Shown here one piece after another: positions 52,604 through 64,000 of a stretch of DNA of 64,000 nt; the first letter of the stretch is position 1, and each line of letters starts with the position of its first letter. A program made the position numbers and the translations under genes. Location of the stretch: contig NC_047072.1 in assembly GCF_902459465.1 (NCBI RefSeq), forward strand, positions 16,182,001 through 16,246,000, read 5' to 3'. Origin of the DNA: Asterias rubens (lineage: Eukaryota). The notes beneath the pieces are model-generated. The model did not search any database. It was given only the letters and a program-made list of their open reading frames with translations, and was not told the origin of the DNA.

Positions 52604-53889
52604 TTAATGTTCACGGTGTTCACCTAATCAAATTCTTCTGTATGGATGATAATAATTAAGTAAGAGGGGAGACACTTATTAACAAGCAATTGAACATTAT
52701 GTTTTTATGGAGACGTGTTATAAGACATAATTTCAGTTCATGAAACTTGTGTTTTATATTGTTTCACAGGCTTCTCATAGGAAAAGGTTTCGAGACAACT
52801 TACAAAATGTTTATAAATTTATTTATTTCTTCTTTATCCCGGGGAAACCTCTCAGGAAAACATTGTTTTTCTGAGGTGCCAAGCAACTACAAACAAACAT
52901 TAATCAGAAGAAAATTACTAAGAAAACAAAAGACTCCTTTTTTTCTTTCACAGAGGTCGAGAAAGTATTGAGTAAACAGTGCTTAGTATAGACATCGATG
53001 TAGGGGTAACAACAAAACAGTTTATATTTTTGTTCATCATCGCGAACAAATATCAAATCGTTTTTTAATTATATTTTCTCCTCCTTTATATTCAGTGTTT
53101 TATTTCATTTCTCTCTTTTTTAAGAAAAAGACAAGAAAAGATGCAAGGTTGATGACGTCAGTAACATAATGCGTTCTACCATGGCCAAGAGATATTAAGT
53201 TTATGTTTGTCATTCTCAAGTTCTGGTGTAAGATAAAAAGTGGTCGTTCAGTGTACATTTAACGTTTGTTAATCACTCTTAAAACTAAGTGGCAATACAA
53301 AAACTCACGACGTTTGGTAGAATTAAGCAAGAAACGTTTCACTTCGAAGTATACGTGGTTGGGTAAACGATAAAAAGGTCTATGCCCAAATATTTGAATG
53401 TGAGAAGTGTACTTTGCATTTAACTCATACATTTATACTTTAGTTATTTAAAAAAAAGTCTGATGAAATTCTATATTTGGATAGAAACAAAATCCTCATA
53501 CATTGTAAAGGAGAAACTTCTTTTTCTTTTCTGTTTGCCGTCCGGATTTTTTCATTTTGTGAATCCAATGATAAATGGCTTGTGGGTGTAACTCAACCAA
53601 TATTTGGCCTACTGCACTAAGGTTCGTATATAGAGTGAGGATGCTTTGTAAATTACCACCCAAGTCCGATTATTCGAAATGGTAGGTAGGTGGGTGAAAC
53701 AAAAAAATTCCGAAAACCGGAATTCAATTACAGTTAAAATAATTGAAAAACAAGAACTGTTTACTTAAGGGAAACCTATCCTTCCAGATTTTCGTTCATG
53801 TTTGTTGCAGCTGAGCTGGAAATTGGTTAGCCTTGTTTGAAGGTAACAACTGATGGAGAGATGACAGTTATTTCAATTTCTGTTAAATG

Positions 53890-54266
53890 AGACAGTGGAC
53901 ACTATTGGTAATTGTCAAAGACCAGTCTTCTCACTTGGTGTATCTCAACATATGCATAAACTAACAAACCTTGACAAATTTGAGCTCAACTGGTCGTCGA
54001 AGTTGCGAGATAACTATGAAAGAAAAAACACCATTGTCAGACGAAGTTGTGTGCTTTCAGATACTTGATTTCGAGACCTCAAATTCTAAATCGGGGGTCT
54101 CGAAATCAAATACGTGGAAAACTACTTCTTTCTTAAAAACTACGTCACTTCAGAGGTAGCCGTTTATCACAGTGTTTTATACTATCAACCTCTCCCAATT
54201 ACTCGGTACCAAGTGAAGTTTTTTTGACAATAATTATTTTGAGTAGTTACCAATAGTCCACTGCCT
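53890..54266. mobile_element. Kolobok-type MITE family 1 copy (long-hairpin subfamily)
   Basis: AGACAGTGGACACTATTGGTAATTGTCAAAGACCAG ... TTACCAATAGTCCACTGCCT. Central GATTTCGAGACC...GGTCTCGAAATC. Confidence 0.88.
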
Positions 54267-56139
54267 GTAAAAACTGACAATGTTGCATAATGGAAGCAAC
54301 TACAAATCATTGAAAACTCCTGAGCATGGTCGGGCACAGATCTAAAATAGCTGCTTCATTTTATAGCAATTACTTTATTCTTCAGTATATTATTAGTCTG
54401 TGAAAAGTTAACAATCACAATTTGGGATGTGTGGGTGGGTTAAAACAAATTCGAAAACAGATTGATGGGTTTCTGAATGTCCCTAGAAGTAAAACTTCAA
54501 TATTGTGTTGCAATCTCCAACATATGTTGAAACTTGACTATTGGAATGAATGTCCCGTTTCCTCATGCAAACTGTTGCTTGCATCATCGTGTAAACCAAA
54601 CCAGGACATGGGTAAACGTATTGACAAACCCCGTGCTTGATAAAGTCAGTCCAAATAAACTTATTTGAGGAGGAAATTGGATATCATGAGAAGTAGAAAT
54701 GTTATCTTTCACTGAGTTAAGTGCTGTGTTACCAGCTGACGACCCATAGCATTGCTGTATCAACACCATACCATTTCACAGCCATGTTGAAATTCAATTT
54801 AAAGGCAGAGAACATGCAGCGGAATTCGGTTTAACGTTTTAGGTTAACTAATGTACATCCACGATTTATTTTAAACATGGAAGTTCTGTGGCTTGCGCAA
54901 TAACGTTTACTAATGGGTGTTTAAGCTTGTTTAAACTTCGTTCAATTCCGCGGTTTAATGCAACAATTCCATTAATCCTATATTTCTCGTTCTCTCTCTC
55001 ATTCAAAATGTTTCAAGGAGCCCTAACCACAGTTTACGAACTAATGTTAAAATTGTTTAAATTGATGTTAATTCCTCGTGAAAAAGCCACAATTCCAATT
55101 CCTTCTCATCTTCTCATTACCAATGATTCAAGTACCCTAAACCTTTCCTGAACCACTATACCTAATGTTATTAGCAGTTCGTCCCCGACATTTTCATTAC
55201 AGGTACCTTGCTATTTTGTTCCTTAAAATAATGTTTTATAGCCGTGTTTGTATAACCTTTTCATCGAATTGAACCACTATGCATGGTATAGTAGTCCTGC
55301 AACTCAGGCGAGTTGTCAATTTAGGAACAGCTCGGCAAAAAACTGAGATTCTATTCCCCTAGGGTATTTATACAAGGTTCAAAATATACACAAAAACAAA
55401 CAAAACGCAATCGGACAGAACTGCAAGTTGAATTTAATTGCATTCAATGCTATAAGGTCTTGTGTTCACATGCCTCGATACTATCTTGACCAGGGTAATA
55501 AAGCAAAACTTATAAAGAAAAATACGAAATGGTTCTGAGATATATTACATGGTTTGCTTGGGTCAAAGCCCTACTACACTATTAGCAATAGGTCATATAG
55601 AAGCCATCCATATCGTGGTTAACAGCTGGCAAAACCAGAACTATAATTGGACGCTCACATCTCCACCAAAATATTTTTTCCTTCGAAGGAATTATTTTTG
55701 AGCTGGAAAAAACATGTTAGTTCAGGCTACACCACAAAACACTCATGCAGAATAACTATTTATTACTTCACTATACCTTCATGCTTTTATGATTCAAACT
55801 TAGAATGTGTCACATTAGATAGCCATGCGTGTGTGGTCAACCTTTAAGGCAGTTTTCTTATGGAGAGAAAGCAGGAGACCTCAGCCCACCAAGTAATTAA
55901 TTTAATCTAAGAATAAACACCAATATGCAAGCTAGGACGCTACGTTTAACGTGCACTGAATACAAAATGAATCAACCAACACAGCAATCCGCACACCAAA
56001 GTCAACTACAGTAATAATAAAATTAACACTTTTAACAAGTTTAATACCTTTCCTGCATGCAATGTTGATTGTGATTATTATTAAATAACTAAGTCAATAC
56101 CTGCGACTGGCTTGGTTTTTTTTCTTAGATCAAATAAAA

Positions 56140-57633
56140 TTACACAACTGATTCAGCTGAAGCTGCAGTGAACATCGGCTTTCTTACATTAGCGTTCAGA
56201 TTAAGAGGAGGAGATTTCTTTCTTGACAGTTTCGTCAGAGGAGGAGAAGCCTCAGGCACGTCTTGTGATGACAGAGAATCTTGCTCTGTGTCTTTCTTAA
56301 CCGACTTCTCCATTTCACACTTATAGGGGTTCTTGCATCTTTCACATGCTCCCCAATCTTTCTTAGATGCAGATTTCTTGCGTTGAGATCCACGGCTTGT
56401 GTCTTGTTTTCTCTTGTGATTGGCTGTTTGGATTGAACCCTTTCTTTTGATGCCTTCTTCGGTGGCGAGTGGGGTCTTTGGCCTCCCAGTAACTCGAACA
56501 ATCATCTTGCTATCATTTGAGCTACTCTTCTTAATTATCCTAACAGGTCGTCTTAGAATGAAAGAGGAGTTATCAAAGCTTCTTCTTTTGACAATCTTCA
56601 GCTTTCGCCTTTTAGTCGCAAAGTCAATAGGGACGTGTTGAGTGTGTCTGGTACCTTTGTATTTCACAATCGCAACATTTTGTGAAGGATTTGTTGATTG
56701 GATGCTGAATGGTTCTGTTTTATCTTTTATCTTGTTATTGTTGGTGTCTTTGTCGATCTCAATAAATCCATCCCTTGGTGTGATTTCCATACAACCTATA
56801 CGATTGGTCAGATTGTTAGTGTCGATAGAATCAGATTGCCTCCAGAAAGGCTTAGGTAGGGTCTTTAGATCCACAGAGATGTTTGTAGGTCTAGCCAAGG
56901 CTTTTGTGTCGACAGAGATGTTGAAAGACCTACGTGAGTTTTTCATGTCGACACAAATGTTGGTAGGTCTAGGCGAGGTTTTTGTGTCGAGAGAGATGTT
57001 GGTAGGTCTAGGCGAGGCTTTTGTGTCGACAGAGATGTTGGTAGGTCTAGGCGAGGCTTTTGTGTCGACAGAGATGTTGGTAGGTCTAGGCAAGGTTTTT
57101 ATGTCGACAGATAAGTTGGAAGTTTGTGTAGGAGCTAGACTAGCCCTCATACTTGTTTTCGTATCATGTTTCCGGTAGTTATAGTGATCAGAAAATGTTT
57201 GGGTTTTTAACTCTGATTGTCTGAACGTTAGGTTCACTCGATGTGCTGTGGAAAGTTTGTAGATTTTTGTCTTTACACTTGCATGATTATCTGACATACT
57301 TTGGGTGACTTTATTGGATGTTTGGGTCCAATCCCTTCGCACCTCTTCCGTTGCCATGGTTTTCGATCTGTTTGTATTTGGATCTTCAACATCCAACTTA
57401 AAGCTGAGGTTCTTTTGGTCCTTGTTTGGCAAAGCACTTGATGACGTCATGGCGTGCTTGCCACTGATTGGTTCTTGGATCTCTTGATCTTGTTGATTGA
57501 TACCTTCTGGCTCAGGTTCTCCTGCATCACTGTCGTTGTCGTTGGTGGCGTTGTCTTCCTTTTTTTGCTGCAACAGCAACGCCATTTTGAAATGAAGAGA
57601 TCCATTTTTCCGACCTGCTAGCTCCATCGCAGT
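56140..57633 (-). CDS. HUNK: Probable last coding exon of the HUNK-like kinase (low-complexity, basic C-terminal tail)
   Basis: 1.5-kb ORF ending in TAA at 56140-42. The acceptor TTCTCTATGCAG|ACT at 57634/57633 is phase 0, matching the phase-0 donor at 59619. Linkage to the kinase is inferred from strand, phase and proximity. Confidence 0.65.
   Translation of the reverse strand, partial: TAMELAGRKNGSLHFKMALLLQQKKEDNATNDNDSDAGEPEPEGINQQDQEIQEPISGKHAMTSSSALPNKDQKNLSFKLDVEDPNTNRSKTMATEEVRRDWTQTSNKVTQSMSDNHASVKTKIYKLSTAHRVNLTFRQSELKTQTFSDHYNYRKHDTKTSMRASLAPTQTSNLSVDIKTLPRPTNISVDTKASPRPTNISVDTKASPRPTNISLDTKTSPRPTNICVDMKNSRRSFNISVDTKALARPTNISVDLKTLPKPFWRQSDSIDTNNLTNRIGCMEITPRDGFIEIDKDTNNNKIKDKTEPFSIQSTNPSQNVAIVKYKGTRHTQHVPIDFATKRRKLKIVKRRSFDNSSFILRRPVRIIKKSSSNDSKMIVRVTGRPKTPLATEEGIKRKGSIQTANHKRKQDTSRGSQRKKSASKKDWGACERCKNPYKCEMEKSVKKDTEQDSLSSQDVPEASPPLTKLSRKKSPPLNLNANVRKPMFTAASAESVV
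56857..57129 (-). repeat. Coding tandem repeat, 39 bp / 13 aa x 7
   Basis: Consensus PRPTNISVDTKAS, in frame in the 56140-57633 exon. Confidence 0.92.
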
Positions 57634-57687
57634 CTGCATAGAGAACAATTAAAGAGTGAAACATTACTTACAAGCCCCAATTGTTAA

Positions 57688-58023
57688 AGGCGGGCACTAT
57701 TGGTAGTTACTCAAACTAATTGTTAGCATCAAAACATATTTGGTACCGAGCAATGGAGAGCTGTCGATAATATAAAACATTATGGGAAACGCCTCCCTCT
57801 GAAGTAACGTTGTTTTTTTTAGAAAGGGGTAATTTCTCACTCGAATATTTGAATCAGGGCTGAAGCCTTTCTCGGGCATCTGAAGGCGAACAAATTTGTG
57901 CAAACGAATCTTCTTTTATTGATCTCTTGCAACTGTGATGACCAAAGAGATCACCTTTTCACAGTTGTTTTATGTTATGCATTATGTTGTGATACACCAA
58001 GTGAGAAGACGTGTCGAGTGCCT
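57688..58023. mobile_element. Kolobok-type MITE family 1 copy (intronic)
   Basis: TTAA at 57684-87 and 58024-27; AGGC...GTGCCT termini. Confidence 0.85.
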
Positions 58024-58840
58024 TTAATGACGGTTGATTTGCCGCTAATCAAAATGACTATTAGTCGGTTAATGTGAATGACCGGTCGGTGGAATTCCAA
58101 TTAATAAAGGAGAGGGAAGATTATGATCAGGATTAGAGAATTAGACTTTGAAAGATTGAATAGCGTGAATTATTTCAACCATCACGCAGAAGACGCAGTC
58201 TTATAAAGGGATGATACTAGACAAAATGTGCAAATTTGTCATATAAAATGGAAGCTGCCTTTCCTTCCATGGAGAAATAATACATTGTTGTAAAAATATT
58301 TAAAAAGTCTCGGGTTGATTTAAATCTCACTCTATTAAATTGCGTAAAACTAACCAGACATCGAGGTAAGTCACCCATATTACACTGACTCCAATTCAAA
58401 CAAAAGTATATTTTGTCTTTGTCCATACATCAACTTCGCATTTCCACGTGATATGGTCATATGACAATGGTCATGTGACGTCAGGGCCACCCTCATACTG
58501 CGTCACCAAAGTGCGCCGTCGGCAAAACTCTATTGTTTTTCTCAAACTGCGCAAAGGGAAAACTAATCAGAGGGAGTTGCAAACAAATTCAATTATTGCG
58601 CGTTTGCAACACAGATCAAGTTCCTGTAATTTCAATAATGCGTCTAGTTTAAGAGTAAATAATTAATCCAACTGTGACACAGAGATAGTGATGAAGTCTT
58701 GGGTTTCCTGTTTGCCTGGGGCCAGACTAGAGGATGTGGTTCAGTCTTCATAACACAATCTCATGTGACTTTATGCATCTTCAATCTTAATATATCAATT
58801 ACCTAAAACCAAGCACTTTACTATACACTCTTTACTTTAA

Positions 58841-59223
58841 AGGCAGTGGACACTATTGGTAATTACTCAAAATAATTATTAGCACGAAACCCTACTTGGT
58901 AACGAGTAATGGGGAGAGGTTGGTAGTATAACACATTGTGAGAAACGGCTCCCTCTGAAGTGCCATAGTTTTCGAGAAAGAAGTAATTTTCAGCGAATTT
59001 GATTTCGAGACCTCAAGTTTAGAACTTGAGGTCTCGATATCAACCATCTAAACGCACACAACTTAACTTCGTGTGACAAGGGTGTTTTTTCTTTCATTAT
59101 TATCTCACAACTTCAACGACCAATTGAGCTCAAATTTTCACAGGTTTGTTATTTCATGCATATGTTGAGATACACCAAGCGAGAAGACTGGTCTTCGACA
59201 ATTACCAATAGTGTCCACTGTCT
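58841..59223. mobile_element. Kolobok-type MITE family 1, best-preserved copy (intronic)
   Basis: 24-bp TIR AGGCAGTGGACACTATTGGTAATT / AATTACCAATAGTGTCCACTGTCT (1 mismatch). Left TTAA, right TTAG. 19-bp-arm central hairpin at 59001-59041. Confidence 0.95.
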
Positions 59224-59618
59224 TTAGGCAGCTGTTAAAATAACTCTACATCATGTGTCCCATCTCTCTTCATACAAAACGATATTTACTTTATTTTAGC
59301 ACCAGACTGTTTTCCATTCCAGCCTCGGTTTCGCTACAACTGAATGAAAAGAAAGTAAAATGGCCACCCTACATTAAGGTGCGATGCTTCACGGAGGCCA
59401 CGAAGGCGAGTCCCTCCATGCTCCCTGGTCATTGCCTTGGTGTCCTTGAAATAATCCAGTAGAAATTGACAATTTCTTCATAGGGTGCCTGCCCTTTACC
59501 AAGGAGAAAATGCCTTGGTGCCCTTGCCCTTTCAAAAACGAAGCATCCTGCACAAATTAATAATGGTCAAATTTGTCATGAATCACCTTTGGTACATAAT
59601 GAATATGTTAATACGTAC

Positions 59619-60013
59619 CGCTTCATCATAGAGTTTGGGAGCACTTATCCCAGAATCCTTTGCATCTGATCCACTTTCATCTTTGGTCTCAAGACGCTTC
59701 AACATCTTAACATGATGGCGATCACGCCTGCGCAGTAGCAAGTAATACATCGCTGAATATTCATCACATCGTTTACTGATGACGGAGTCGGTCACGTGAG
59801 CGATGTTGTAACCCATATTGGCCCATATATAGTCAAGTATGTCTGTCTCTAGGTCCATCCGACTGATTCGACCACTGTGGGTGGAGCTTGCTGTACGGGG
59901 GCGGATGACTGCATCCACGTCTCCAACTAACCATTTATGATTCATTGCCTCTAAGATGGAATATCGCTTTCTTGGATCGGGATGAAGGAGCCTTCTGATG
60001 AAATCTTTACACT
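59619..60013 (-). CDS. HUNK: HUNK-like kinase exon: kinase subdomain XI plus UBA-like domain
   Basis: (E)CKDFIRRLLHPDPRKRYSILEAMNHKWL...GRISRMDLETDILDYIWANMGYNIAHVTDSVISKRCDEYSAMYYLL resembles the HUNK PDPxKR..RWL..RISLEDL..LGY..AIYFLL region as I recall it. Acceptor TTTTTCTCAG and donor GTACGT are canonical; phase 1 in, phase 0 out. Confidence 0.88.
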
Positions 60014-60182
60014 CTGAGAAAAACAAACATCAAAGAATCGTGTAAGACAGTAAGATGTCGAGCTTTACTTCTTAAATCTACGCACGTAGACTGGCTTGAT
60101 ACTCCTTGCAGCTAAAACACTGAAATAATAATAGGCAATTCATTTCACTATAAATTATTGGTATCAATTTGCCCAGTAGGGA

Positions 60183-60542
60183 AAGCACTGGACACTATTT
60201 GTAAACACTCCTAATAACTAAGTACAAAAACTAACTTGGTAACAGGTTAAGAAGAGATGTTGATAAAATATTGTGAGAAACGGTTCCCTCTAAAAAATAA
60301 CGTAGTTCTTTGAGAAAGGGGTAATAATTCTCACTCAAAAGACTTCAGTCCTGAAGCAATTTGTATGTACCTGAAAGGGCACGCATTTTGTTGTGCCACA
60401 CTGGTGTTTTTCTTCCATTATTCTCTTGCAACCTCAAGGACCAATTGAGTCCAAATTTTCACAGGTTTGTTATTGTATGCATATGTTGAGATACACCGTG
60501 AGAAGACTGGTCTTTGACAGTTACCAAAGGTGCCCAGTGCCT
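60183..60542. mobile_element. Kolobok-type MITE family 1 copy (intronic)
   Basis: AAGCACTGGACAC ... GTGCCCAGTGCCT|TTAA (60543-46). Confidence 0.85.
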
Positions 60543-60672
60543 TTAACAGTCTACAACACGGTAGCGACAAACGTGAACAAAGATCAATTGTGAACATTAC
60601 TGTTCATTCCTTATAAAGTCTAAACCTAAATACATTTGGTTTTCTAATGAAGATGAATGAATGAATGTTTAC

Positions 60673-60800
60673 CATTAGTTAAATTGGTTGGAATCTCAGC
60701 CATTTCTCTGTTGTTAATCTTCTTTAGAAGAAGTTTAATATTAAATGGTTCCACAGTGAATGGCAGTGAGCCAGCTAGCATAGCAAACGTGTTGACTCCA
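60673..60800 (-). CDS. HUNK: HUNK-like kinase exon: subdomains IX-X
   Basis: GVNTFAMLAGSLPFTVEPFNIKLLLKKINNREMAEIPTNLTN resembles the HUNK GVNMYAMLTGTLPFTVEPF motif. Acceptor TTTGTTTCCAG, donor GTAAAC. The 128-nt exon joins in frame to the next exon (G+AG = Glu). Confidence 0.9.
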
Positions 60801-61400
60801 CTGGAAACAAAACACAGAAATGTCATTATCGTGATATTCAATTTATAACATTCTGGCAATAGTCTGTTTTAAGTAATTAAAGGAACAAACAATCCGATAA
60901 CTTTATCCATATACATGTAGATACGACGAAATGAACATTGTGTATAAAAAGGAACGTCAAGGCATGAGAATAAGCAAATAAAACATAACAAAATGTGAAA
61001 TTGTTAAAAGCTGTTTCCTCAATAAAAATGGGAACCAGTCTAATCAAGTTGTCTCTATAGGGAGGAGTCAAACATCCAGGTTTTCCATTTATTTCTTTTT
61101 GACAATTTATCTTAGACAATCTTGAGCGAGACAGCAAACATCTTACGATTGGGTTCTTTTTGATGAAGAAGACATCGTCAATATTAATGACTCTTCAAAA
61201 ATTACTGCGAATCAAAAATGAAGAAAACAGCAACTCTCAGGAGAACTGGGCAACTACTCAGCCTGAGACATTGCAAAACGGAAGGAAATGAACCCATATT
61301 TCAATTATGTTTGCAGTATTGTAGGATACGCTGGACTGAATATTCTAATACTTCCAGACGCCATCAAGTAATTGGCTTCAGCCCTCAATGGCACCCTTAA

Positions 61401-61777
61401 AGGAACATTACAGAATTGGATTTTGCTAACAAAACAGTTGCTGGCAGTGTAAGCACTTTATGTAATCCATAATATAATAAACTGACAAAACCTTCAGAAG
61501 TTTGAGATTAATCGGCCATCTGGGTCAGGAGAAAATAATGGAAAAAACGATTACACATTTTGCATGAAATCGATAAAAAGAAATTTGCTAAAACGCTAAC
61601 TGAGCAATAAACTTCAAACGGGAAGTTAGTTTCATTTATTTCTTATCAAATAATGACATTGCAGACGGAAATCTTTCAATGGATGTTTTCCTCTATCAAC
61701 ATCATTAGACTGTGTAAGTTGTATGTAAATCTTGGAACTTAGACGATTTGTTTTCTTACAAATTCTGTAATGTCCCT
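61401..61777. mobile_element. Third Kolobok-type MITE family (377 bp)
   Basis: TTAA at 61397-61400 and 61778-81. TIR AGGAACATTACAGAATTGG vs reverse complement AGGGACATTACAGAATTTG. Confidence 0.88.
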
Positions 61778-64000
61778 TTAACCATCGCCAAACAGTTATT
61801 TTGATTGCTGTCAAATCTTAGCAGATGTAGACCCACCCCCTCCCTCCGGTTGGAAGGATGGAGGCAAGATCGATTTCAACAATGAAGATGAAAAGGCAGA
61901 CGAGCTGGCTTTCTACTAATAAGAAGACATTGATTAAGACTCTGCTTTCAGGGAAAACTTCTACTTATTGTCAAATAATCGGATTATTGTTTAACGGACA
62001 CTTAAGTCTGTTTTAGGGGCATTGGAGAAAATTGTGGACTAGTTGCTGGTCTAGCTGCGTGCCGTAAGGGGTACCAGGATGGGCAGGGCTAGGCACCTCA
62101 CGAAGTGGTGCTTTCTCTGTCTGCATTTGAGACTCAAATCAGGCATTGTGAAAAGGGTAGAACAAGGACAACCATATTTATACTTAGTCACACTGCCGTC
62201 TAAATTTATTGCTTTTGATTTAAACAATGAAAGAATGTTAATTGCTCTGACATAATTAAATACACGCATTGCGCGTTTTGTAGAAGTGCAAGTCCATCAG
62301 TCAAACTCAAAGTCATTTCTCAATTTGAAATAGTTGGACAGTCAGCGAGTTAGTACACTGGCTTCAAGCACCCCCCCCCCCCCCCCCCGTCTCCCCGAGT
62401 TCCCAACAGCTTTCAGACACACTCCCAACGACAATGTCCCTTCGACGCCCCTAGATGTCCTGATTATTGAAGAACTCTTAAAATACAAATAGCTCCAAGG
62501 TATGCTTTAATGATCTTCGATATGTACAGATTTTGATATCTCCCAATTTAGTCAGTGTTTAAAGTTTGTCAAATGTACCCTCATCTTTTCTTTTACACGA
62601 ATGTTTGCATGTTTGTCTGTTTTTTTCTTTCTTTGTCTGTCTGGTTGTGTTTCACAAGCTACGGTTTTATCAAAACAGCCCCATTCTCTACTTATGACGT
62701 TCCTGCATTGCTTTACTTTATGTACTTGTCGATATTTTTCGCGATGTTTTCATTGTAAAGCACTATGATCATACTCTTTGGAATAGCGTTAAGCAAGCAA
62801 TGTTAATTATTACATTTTTCATGGAAGTATGGATTATAAATGTGTATTTGAAATTGAATTGAACAAACAAAATCAACGAATGAAAGGAGACGAGCAGGCT
62901 GAGGCTGGGAGATTAGACTGGCCCTTATTGTACAACAAAACAGTATATCATTACTGTGTATGACCTCAGGGTGTCAGACATAGACGCATCTATGGATATC
63001 ACTCATCACGTGTTAATACACGCCTAGCTTTATCAAGATAAACTCATCTACTGAAGTAAGGCAAACCCATCTCTGATATCACCACGAAAAAGGGTCAACT
63101 AATAACAACGCGAGATTTGACGAGAGTTTGTCAGATGTCAGTGGACATGATAGTCGAAGTAATTGCGCTTTGTTGCCATGCTTCGTGTGATGTTGTCATA
63201 TTTTATCTTGAGTGTGAGTGCCACCGTCACATGAGCATCACAAAAGAACAGACTGCATAACACATACATGTATAGAAATGTTTCGTACGAATTGGAACAA
63301 GTCAGTCAGAGCAGAAACCATAAACTTAATAGCGTTTTGCTGGACATGTCTTTGGTTTTACAAAATTAGTGAAGGTCTTCAACGCTTCCTGAAGCAATTC
63401 ACGCAAACACAAATTGCTAAGCACTCAGTCGTGCTCAAAAGAATCAGCGAACCCCAGTTGTGACTTTTGACTGTATCCTGCTTGTTTGACTTACTAGAAT
63501 ATAAACAATTGACTGAGAATTCTTTGCTTCCTAAACATCTTCACATAATTAGATTTTGTTGAATGATATAAATCCAGAATACTAGGTCTTCATGACAGCA
63601 AAGATACCTTGCAGCCATTTCATCCATCATAACAGACCTACAGTCTAATAACATTTACCTTCATAGTTCAATTAAATCACATGGATCTTTTCATTCGGTA
63701 CTTTTTTCGAGAAGAATATTTTTGCGCAGACAGAAAGATTGTATTTTACATTCTTTGAGGACAATTTTGTTAATTAGTGTGACATTTATATTGAGATGTA
63801 CTCTCCTTTAAAATACAAAGAAGACTGAGTTTGCCGTTTATTGAATGAAACTATGGTTTGTAATAACATGATCAGTAGTTTGTTTGGGATGTTTGTTAGT
63901 CTATTGTTGTTGATTTTTTTCAATGGTCCCCCCCCCCCTAGAATTTGAAAGCAGCTTGCTATTAGTAACACACAAAGGTTATCAGCCAATGTTTGTGCTG

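Noticed and set aside
56642-57178. 178-aa plus-strand ORF
   Set aside because: Antisense shadow of the 39-bp coding repeat; no independent evidence.
58841-59223. piggyBac assignment for the TTAA-flanked elements
   Set aside because: Termini are AG...CT (RR...YY, Kolobok-like), not the CC...GG typical of piggyBac.
61116-61400. Open frame after a plus-strand acceptor-like site
   Set aside because: No recognisable domain and no clear donor; it lies antisense in the presumed kinase intron. An SPAY string on the minus strand here does not continue as the kinase SPAYAAPE motif.

Overview
AT-rich animal genomic DNA (introns, MITEs, SINEs). My impression from the repeat families and the GPCR type is an echinoderm, probably a sea star; this is inference, not a database result. 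There are two convergent protein-coding loci. One is an intronless class A (rhodopsin-like) orphan GPCR (+, 20528-21919). The other is the 3' part of a HUNK-like AMPK-family Ser/Thr kinase (- strand; exons 60673-60800 and 59619-60013, probable last exon 56140-57633; the 5' exons were not found in the window). The rest is non-coding and dense in non-autonomous DNA transposons: about 13 copies of one TTAA-flanked Kolobok-type MITE family, other TTAA elements, and PIF/Harbinger-type MITEs with CWG target duplications. Also present are tRNA-derived SINE sequences, Penelope-like terminal repeats with minimal hammerhead-like motifs, decayed retroelement fragments, several tandem arrays and a 190-N gap. 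No transposase, CRISPR array or prokaryotic system was seen. The most unusual signals are: (i) two independent satellite expansions from the same palindrome-containing segment of one MITE family, one of them 55 units long with a binary variant pattern and incipient higher-order structure; (ii) Harbinger MITE insertions into other repeats at sites resembling an extended target consensus; (iii) hammerhead-like motifs with stem covariation; (iv) a tandem array of tRNA-like Pol III modules. None is proven to be a new biological system.
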